A DNA stretch of 30,474 nucleotides from a bacterium (lineage in GTDB: Bacteria; Patescibacteriota; Minisyncoccia; Phycocordibacterales; Phycocordibacteraceae): NCBI GenBank assembly GCA_021812955.1, contig JAKAMJ010000001.1, forward strand, positions 1 through 30,474. The letters run 5' to 3'. The position numbers and the translations under genes are program-made. The notes under the pieces were generated by a model that worked only from the letters and a program-made list of their open reading frames with translations, did no database searches and was not told the origin of the DNA. Shown here one piece after another: positions 24,984 to 30,474 of this stretch. Numbering within the stretch: the stretch's first letter is position 1; the number at the start of each line of letters is the position of its first letter.

Positions 24984-25898
24984 TTATGTGGCGAGCGCCT
25001 CCCGCCCGCTGATAATCTCTGACACTTCCCGCGTGATGGCCGCCTGGCGGATCTTGTTGAAAAGCCGCGTGAGGCCCTGCGCGACCTCCTTCGACTTGTC
25101 GCTCGCGTTCTTCATCGCGACCATGCGCGCCGAGTGCTCCGAGGCTTTCGCTTCGAGCAGCATGTGGTAGAGCGCGACGCTCGTGAGGCGCGGGATGAGC
25201 GCGCCGAGCACGTCGCCCGACTTCGGCTCCACTTCGTATGAAATCGGCGGCTCGAGCGACGGCTCGTGGCTCCACTTGCCCTTCGCCGGGATGATGCCCT
25301 CGACGATGTCCTTCAACGCGGGAATGGAGAGCGGCAGCAGGCGGCGCATCGTCGGCGCCTGCTCGAAAGTCGACTTGAAGTGACTGTAAAAAGTCACCAC
25401 TTTGTCGTAGTCGCCGCGAAGGAAGCCCTCCGAGAGCTCGCGCGTGAGCTCCTCCATAGTGGCAAGCGGCACGTCGTCTGCCTTGTTCTCGATCGCGCGC
25501 GCGATCTGGTAGCCGCGGCGAGCGAAGTATTCTTCGCCCTTCTTGCCGTAGGCGTAGACGACCACCTGCCCGGTCGAGAGCGCGCGCTTCTCCAAGTATT
25601 CTGCGGCTGCTTTTATCACGCCGCTGTTGAGTGCGCCGGCGAGGCCCTTGTCGCTCGTTATTACGACGAGTGCGACGCGCGAGACCGGCCGCTGCTCGGC
25701 GAGCGGATGCCGCTTCACTTCCTCTGTGCCGGCGATGCGAGTGAGGATCGAGAGCGCCGCGCGGGCGTACGGCCGCCCCGCGAGCGCCGCCTCCTGCGTC
25801 TTGCGCATCTTAACTGCACTCACCGCCTCCATAGCACGCGTCACCTTGTGCGTGCGGTTCGTCGCTCCTATTTTAGTTTTAATATCTTTTAACGCCAT
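24984..25898 (-). CDS. atpG: ATP synthase gamma subunit
   Basis: KVTRAMEAVSAVKMRK, SDKGLAGALN, SEHSARMVAMKNA, RQAAITREVSEI. Confidence 0.98.
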   Translation of the reverse strand: MALKDIKTKIGATNRTHKVTRAMEAVSAVKMRKTQEAALAGRPYARAALSILTRIAGTEEVKRHPLAEQRPVSRVALVVITSDKGLAGALNSGVIKAAAEYLEKRALSTGQVVVYAYGKKGEEYFARRGYQIARAIENKADDVPLATMEELTRELSEGFLRGDYDKVVTFYSHFKSTFEQAPTMRRLLPLSIPALKDIVEGIIPAKGKWSHEPSLEPPISYEVEPKSGDVLGALIPRLTSVALYHMLLEAKASEHSARMVAMKNASDKSKEVAQGLTRLFNKIRQAAITREVSEIISGREALAT

Positions 25899-25924
25899 GG
25901 TTAGAAACTATGACATCCGATGTC

Positions 25925-27487
25925 CTAGTTTTGGGTCGGCGTCGCGTGCCGCTCGACGAAGGCGTCGAGCTTCTCGCGGAGCGCGTTCTCGGATTCCTCA
26001 CGGATCTCTTTCGATTCCTTGATGGCCATGAGGATGCCACCCGCTTCTCGCGAGAGGTATTCCTCGAGCTTCTTCGCCATCGCACTCGTTTCTTCAGGCG
26101 CGAAGGAGTCGAGATAGCCGTTGGTCGCCGCGAATATGACCGCCGCCTCCATCTCGAACGGAAGCGGCACGCCATTCTTCTGCGTGAGCACATCGGTCAT
26201 GCGGCGACCCGCGTCGATCTGCCGCTTCGTGTCGGCGTCGAGGTCGCTCGAGAACTGCATGAACGCCTCCAGCTCGCGGAACTGCGCGAGCTGAAGCTTG
26301 ATCTTGCCCGAGACTTTCTTCATCGCCTTCGTCTGCGCCGAAGAGCCGACGCGCGAGACCGAGATGCCGACGTTGATAGCCGGACGCTGGCCATTGTTGA
26401 AGAGGCCGGCCTCGAGGTAGATCTGGCCGTCGGTAATCGAGATGACGTTCGTCGGGATGTAGGCCGAGACGTCGCCCTCCTGCGTCTCGATGATAGGAAG
26501 CGCAGTGAGCGAGCCTCCGCCCTTCTCTTTCGAGAGCTTGGCGGCGCGTTCGAGGAGGCGCGAGTGCAGGTAGAAGATGTCGCCCGGATACGCCTCGCGG
26601 CCTGGCGGGCGGCGCAGGAGCAAAGACATCTGGCGGTAGGCTACCGCTTGCTTTGAGAGGTCGTCATAGACGACGAGCGCGTCCTTCCCTTTCTCCATGA
26701 AATACTCGCCTATGGCCGCGCCGGCGAACGGAGCGAGGAACTGAAGCGCCGCGGGGGAGCTCGCCGGCGCGGTTACGACGATGGAGTACTCCATCGCTCC
26801 TCGCGCTTCGAGCTCGGCGACGATCTTCGCCGTCTTCGATTCCTTCTGACCGATGGCGACGTAGATGCAGATCGGCCGGGTTTCCTTCGGCTCGTGTTTC
26901 TGATTGAGGATCGTGTCGATGGCGACGGTCGTCTTGCCGGTGCCGCGATCGCCGATGATAAGCTCGCGCTGGCCGCGGCCGATCGGAATCATTGCATCCA
27001 CCGCTTTGATTCCGGTGTGGAGCGGCGTGTTGACCGGAGAACGGTCGATGATGCCGTAGGCCTCGCGCTCGATCGGGCGCACGTCCTTGGCGGCAATCGC
27101 ACCCTTGCCGTCTACCGGCTCGCCGAGCGCGTTCACTACACGCCCCACGAGGGCGTCCCCGACCGGGATCGAGAGCAGCCGCTCGGTCCGGCGCACGAGC
27201 ATTCCCTCGCTGACTTTCGAGCCGTCGCCGAGCACTACGGCGCGCACGCCGTCTTCTTCCAGGTTCAGGATGAGCCCGTAGATCGCGGACGAATCCATGA
27301 TCGCGTCTTCGAGCGGGCGATCGAACGCCCGGTCGAACAACACCATCTCGGACAACGCGGCTTGAGACAAGCCGTCGATCTCTGCGATGCCGTCGCCTGC
27401 CGCGCGCACGATGCCGGTCTCCTGCGCGGTCGCGTCGGGCGTCCAGGCCGCGATCTCTTTCTCTATCCTCTCGATGAGGCTTTGCAT
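25925..27487 (-). CDS. atpA: ATP synthase alpha subunit
   Basis: Start MQSLIER, 1 nt after the upstream stop; [24 protein letters not shown]. Confidence 0.98.
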   Translation of the reverse strand: MQSLIERIEKEIAAWTPDATAQETGIVRAAGDGIAEIDGLSQAALSEMVLFDRAFDRPLEDAIMDSSAIYGLILNLEEDGVRAVVLGDGSKVSEGMLVRRTERLLSIPVGDALVGRVVNALGEPVDGKGAIAAKDVRPIEREAYGIIDRSPVNTPLHTGIKAVDAMIPIGRGQRELIIGDRGTGKTTVAIDTILNQKHEPKETRPICIYVAIGQKESKTAKIVAELEARGAMEYSIVVTAPASSPAALQFLAPFAGAAIGEYFMEKGKDALVVYDDLSKQAVAYRQMSLLLRRPPGREAYPGDIFYLHSRLLERAAKLSKEKGGGSLTALPIIETQEGDVSAYIPTNVISITDGQIYLEAGLFNNGQRPAINVGISVSRVGSSAQTKAMKKVSGKIKLQLAQFRELEAFMQFSSDLDADTKRQIDAGRRMTDVLTQKNGVPLPFEMEAAVIFAATNGYLDSFAPEETSAMAKKLEEYLSREAGGILMAIKESKEIREESENALREKLDAFVERHATPTQN

Positions 27488-27488
27488 G

Positions 27489-27734
27489 TCAGGTGATGAT
27501 TCTTTGATAAATGTCGAGCAGGGCGCGCTTGCCTGTCTGGTCGATGAGCAGGCCGCCCTCAAGCGAGCGCCAGCCGGAGATGAGCGAAGGGTTTTCCGCG
27601 GCTGTCTCGCGGCGCGGCGCGAGCTTCGCGGCGCGGGCCTCGCGCATCCGCAGCTCGCGAAGGATGCGCGGCAGGAGCTTCAGTCGACCCGTACGCTTCA
27701 GATGGGCGATGAATGTCTCGTACTCAGCTTGCAT
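27489..27734 (-). CDS. atpH: Minimal ATP synthase delta-like subunit, 81 aa
   Basis: Position between atpF and atpA; NPSLISGW...LLIDQT resembles the delta C-terminal motif. Confidence 0.6.
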   Translation of the reverse strand: MQAEYETFIAHLKRTGRLKLLPRILRELRMREARAAKLAPRRETAAENPSLISGWRSLEGGLLIDQTGKRALLDIYQRIIT

Positions 27735-28173
27735 GGCTTCGCATTATCTTCTCCGCGGCGAGCACCGCGAGCCGCGCGACCTCACGCTCGCTCTCCTTGC
27801 GCGCGCGCGCGAGCTCCTCGGCCGCACGAGCCTCCGCATCCTTCGCGATGCGCGCGGCGCGGGCCTCGGCGTCTTTCACAAGTTGCACTTGCGCCGCGGC
27901 GGCTGCCTCGCGCGCCGAGGCGACGATCTGCTCCGCCTCCGTGTCTGCTGCGCGCACGCGCGTTTCCGCCTCTGCGTCTGCGCGCGAGAACAGTTCCTCG
28001 ATTTGCTCGGCCTCGCGCACGCTCTTGGCGACCTGCTCCTGCCGCGCAGCGAGCATCGCCATCACCGGCTTGTAGAGGAAATACCACAACGCCGCGAGCA
28101 CGATGGCGAAATTCACCGCCTGCGCGATGAGAAGGGGCCATTCGACGCCGAACGCTCCGAAGAATTGGTCCAT
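27724..28173 (-). CDS. atpF: ATP synthase Fo b subunit
   Basis: AQAVNFAIVL..LWYFLYKPV..ML..RQ followed by a coiled coil. Confidence 0.93.
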   Translation of the reverse strand: MDQFFGAFGVEWPLLIAQAVNFAIVLAALWYFLYKPVMAMLAARQEQVAKSVREAEQIEELFSRADAEAETRVRAADTEAEQIVASAREAAAAAQVQLVKDAEARAARIAKDAEARAAEELARARKESEREVARLAVLAAEKIMRSHAS

Positions 28174-28186
28174 GCGCCCTTATCCG

Positions 28187-28414
28187 TTAGACGAACTTGA
28201 TGATGAACCCGACGACGACGGCGAGGATGCCGAGCGCTTCGGTGAACACGATCGCGAGGACCATGTTCGACGCGATCTTGCCGGACGCTTCCGGGTTGCG
28301 CCCGATCGCCTGCATAGCATTGCTTCCGATAAGGCCGATGCTGATGCTCGGACCGATTACCCCGAGGCTGGCGACGAGCGCCATCGCGAACAAGCGCGCT
28401 GAATCTAGTTGCAT
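28187..28414 (-). CDS. atpE: ATP synthase Fo c subunit
   Basis: IGRNPEA loop; ion-binding Glu in IVFTEAL. Confidence 0.96.
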   Translation of the reverse strand: MQLDSARLFAMALVASLGVIGPSISIGLIGSNAMQAIGRNPEASGKIASNMVLAIVFTEALGILAVVVGFIIKFV

Positions 28415-28482
28415 ACCGTATGTATTTAATTCTTTTTTCTAAAAGCCCCCGCGCCAGGCCAGAGCGTCACGGACACTCCGCA

Positions 28483-29247
28483 TCAGCCCGCCTGCCGCGG
28501 TTCGTGCTCTTCGTGCGCTTCCATGATGGACAGCTTGATGAAGAACAGCGTCAGCATCGAGAACACGAGCGCCTGCACGAGCCCGATGAACATCTCGAAG
28601 ATCATCAAGGGCGCGGGCAGGAGATACGGGATGAAGAACCCGACCACGAGGATCATGACCTCTCCCGCAAAGATGTTCCCGAAGAGACGGAACGAGAACG
28701 AGATAAGCCGGCCGAGGTTGCTCATGAGCTCGATGATACCCACGACGAACCCGGTCGGTGACTTCAGGTTAACATATTTCTTCGCGTACTTGAAAAAGCC
28801 AAGCGTCGTAACCCCGGCGACTTCGATGGTGATGAACGCGATCGCCGCGAGCGCGAGCGTGAAGTTGAGGTCGGTGGTCGGTGCGCGCAGGAGCGGCAGG
28901 AATCCCGACGCGCGGACAAGCCCGATCGAGCCGACGCCCGGGAAGAATTCCGTCTCGTTGATGAGTGCGATGAAGATGAACATGGTCGCCACGAGCGGGA
29001 AGAACCGGCGGGCGACCGTCTCGCTCTCGAGCACGTCCGCCATGTAGCCGATAGCGCCTTCGAACACCCACTCGACGCCAGCCTGGAGCCGGCCCGGCAC
29101 CGCCTTGAGCGAACGGCCGAAAAGATACGCACCGCCGATGAGAAACGCCATCAAGATCCAGCCCATGACGAGCGAATTGGTGACGGGGAAACCGAAGACG
29201 GAGCCGAGCTGCTCCGCCTTCAATACTACGGCTATCCCTTCATGCAT
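28483..29247 (-). CDS. atpB: ATP synthase Fo a subunit
   Basis: PTTDLNFTLALA, SFSFRLFGNIFAGE, LVQALVFSMLT. Confidence 0.97.
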   Translation of the reverse strand: MHEGIAVVLKAEQLGSVFGFPVTNSLVMGWILMAFLIGGAYLFGRSLKAVPGRLQAGVEWVFEGAIGYMADVLESETVARRFFPLVATMFIFIALINETEFFPGVGSIGLVRASGFLPLLRAPTTDLNFTLALAAIAFITIEVAGVTTLGFFKYAKKYVNLKSPTGFVVGIIELMSNLGRLISFSFRLFGNIFAGEVMILVVGFFIPYLLPAPLMIFEMFIGLVQALVFSMLTLFFIKLSIMEAHEEHEPRQAG

Positions 29248-29253
29248 GAAGGC

Positions 29254-29262
29254 AGTATAGCA
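29254..29262 (-). promoter_or_regulatory. Extended -10 TGCTATACT, 6 nt before the atpB ATG
   Basis: TGnTAnnnT with a 6-nt spacer. Confidence 0.7.
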
Positions 29263-29334
29263 AGGAAGCGGCCTGATATGCTATATATAAGTACGGCAGC
29301 CAGTCGGCAGCACTAACCATATTCACCTTAAACC

Positions 29335-29583
29335 ATGGCAACAAATCCAGCCCTTTCGAAACCGCTCACGCTTTCTCCCGAATTGGAAGCGGTCATCGGC
29401 GCGGGCCCGCTCCCGCGCACCGAGGTAGTCAAGAAGCTTTGGGAATACATCAAGAAGCACAACTTGCAGAACCCGTCCAACAAGCGCAACATCCTCGCGG
29501 ATGACAAGCTCCGTCCGATATTCGGCAAGGACGAAGTGACTATGTTCGAGATGACGAAGCTCGTCTCGGCGCACCTGAGCTAG
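29335..29583 (+). CDS. Stand-alone SWIB/MDM2-domain protein
   Basis: LSPELEAVIG..PRTEVVKKLWEYIKKHNLQNP.NKRNILADDKL..MFEMTKLV. Confidence 0.92.
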   Translation: MATNPALSKPLTLSPELEAVIGAGPLPRTEVVKKLWEYIKKHNLQNPSNKRNILADDKLRPIFGKDEVTMFEMTKLVSAHLS

Positions 29584-29600
29584 CCTCGCCAGTCAAAGAT

Positions 29601-29637
29601 GGGAAAGCCCGCTCGCCTTCGGCGCGCGGGCTTTTCC
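29601..29637. terminator. Bidirectional terminator between the convergent SWIB gene and mscL
   Basis: Long hairpin gggaaagcccgc...gcgggcttttcc. Confidence 0.8.
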
Positions 29638-29660
29638 GTTGCCCAGGGCTTCCACACGCC

Positions 29661-30062
29661 CTAGCCGACAGGCTGCGTGCAATACTTGCAGCGCTTGGCG
29701 TCAATGGGGATTTCAGAAAGGCACTCGAGACACTTCTTGGTGGTCGGGTCGGCGGGGTCTTCCTTGCGCGAATGAGCGATGAGAAGGTTCATCGGCTTCA
29801 CGACAAAGAAGAAGAGCGCGGTAGCCGCAAGAAGGAAGGAGATCACCGCATTCAGGAGATGGCCGATCATGAGCTTGCTCCCGTGCAGAGTGAAGACGAG
29901 ACTGCTGAAATCGGCGACACGCACGACAGCCGCGATGAGCGGCGTGAGGAGATCGGCGACGAGCGCCGAGACGAGCGCGCCGAACGCTGCGCCGATCACA
30001 ACGCCGACCGCCAGGTCCACGACGTTTCCACGAAGCAAGAACTGCTTGAACTCCTTGAGCAT
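29661..30062 (-). CDS. mscL: Large-conductance mechanosensitive channel with a C-terminal CxxC..CxxC extension
   Basis: Start MLKEFKQFLLRGNVVDLAVGVVIGAAF; LNAVISFLL; tail KCLECLSEIP..AKRCKYC. Confidence 0.95.
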   Translation of the reverse strand: MLKEFKQFLLRGNVVDLAVGVVIGAAFGALVSALVADLLTPLIAAVVRVADFSSLVFTLHGSKLMIGHLLNAVISFLLAATALFFFVVKPMNLLIAHSRKEDPADPTTKKCLECLSEIPIDAKRCKYCTQPVG

Positions 30063-30068
30063 CAACCC

Positions 30069-30077
30069 ATGGTAGCA
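30069..30077 (-). promoter_or_regulatory. Extended -10 TGCTACCAT, 6 nt before the mscL ATG
   Basis: TGnTAnnnT with a 6-nt spacer. Confidence 0.65.
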
Positions 30078-30098
30078 CGCTTTGCGCCAAACTGTCTG

Positions 30099-30171
30099 TG
30101 GACCATGGGAGACTCGAACTCCCCACCTCATCCATGCCATGGATGCGCTCTACCGGATGAGCTAATGGCCC
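30099..30171 (-). tRNA. tRNA-Ala (GGC), CCA not encoded
   Basis: Acceptor GGGCCAT/ATGGTCC with G3:U70; anticodon arm CATCC-ATGGCAT-GGATG; T-loop TTCGAGT. Confidence 0.95.
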
Positions 30172-30195
30172 CTCCCCCGCCCTGCTCGAGCGAAG

Positions 30196-30271
30196 TGGTG
30201 GACCATAGCGGAGTCGAACCGCTGACCTCGTCAATGCGAATGACGCGCTCTACCAGCTGAGCTAATGGCCC
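30196..30271 (-). tRNA. tRNA-Ala (CGC), CCA encoded
   Basis: Same acceptor with G3:U70; anticodon arm CGTCA-TTCGCAT-TGACG. Confidence 0.95.
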
Positions 30272-30280
30272 CTGCGGGCG

Positions 30281-30289
30281 ATTCTACCA
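30281..30289 (-). promoter_or_regulatory. Extended -10 TGGTAGAAT upstream of the tRNA-Ala pair
   Basis: TGnTAnnnT 9 nt before the tRNA 5' end. Confidence 0.6.
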
Positions 30290-30302
30290 CACCTCTACCC
30301 AG

Positions 30303-30373
30303 TCGGGCTACCGGGAATCGAACCCGGTCTACATCCACCCCATGGACGCGTACTACCGGTATACTATAGCCCG
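30303..30373 (-). tRNA. tRNA-Pro (GGG), CCA not encoded
   Basis: Acceptor CGGGCTA/TAGCCCG; anticodon arm CGTCC-ATGGGGT-GGATG. Confidence 0.93.
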
Positions 30374-30393
30374 ATTCTTAGAGATGTCCTTTG

Positions 30394-30464
30394 TCGGGCC
30401 GCCGAGAATTGAACTCGGTCTACACGAACCCGAATCGTGCGTACTACCGGCATACTCCGGCCCG
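30394..30464 (-). tRNA. tRNA-Pro (CGG), CCA not encoded
   Basis: Acceptor CGGGCCG/CGGCCCG; anticodon arm CACGA-TTCGGGT-TCGTG. Confidence 0.93.
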
Positions 30465-30474
30465 ACACAGAACA

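Noticed and set aside
24592-25275. 227-aa ORF-track version of the toxin gene, and extended starts for atpA (27562), mscL (30140), the ATP-cone gene (9022) and the nuclease (7594)
   Set aside because: The extensions overlap neighbouring genes, tRNAs or promoters and are not protein-like; downstream ATGs fit the family N-termini and translational coupling
30099-30474. tRNA cluster as an integration site for a mobile element
   Set aside because: No integrase and no duplicated tRNA 3' fragment elsewhere in the window

Overview
This window is chromosomal DNA from a high-GC bacterium. Gene content and the shortened proteins suggest Patescibacteria/CPR (Parcubacteria-like); this is an inference, not a database result. 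Almost everything is on the minus strand. Housekeeping genes are alaS, pepF, ung, mnmA, mltG, leuS, ychF, the F1Fo ATP synthase operon (atpB-E-F-H-A-G-D-C), mscL, a SWIB-domain gene and four tRNAs (Ala-GGC, Ala-CGC, Pro-GGG, Pro-CGG). Accessory genes lie between them: a DUF4258/DUF2283 toxin-antitoxin-like pair, two PD-(D/E)XK nucleases (one fused to an ATP-cone), an AT-rich NYN RNase gene, a solo PemK/MazF-like gene inside the atp operon, and a large mosaic surface protein. The most striking unexplained signals are: (1) a 21-bp AT-rich hairpin with compensatory base changes embedded in the coding sequences of alaS, leuS and ung and also present in an intergenic region; (2) an (AG)7 microsatellite that puts the surface-protein signal peptide out of frame with both upstream ATGs, consistent with a phase-variation switch; (3) a recurring -10 hexamer, then exactly 6 nt, then start codon at nine genes, implying leaderless mRNAs; (4) a frameshifted gene missed by the ORF track at 16524-16869. 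Family assignments come from motif recognition only; no searches were run.
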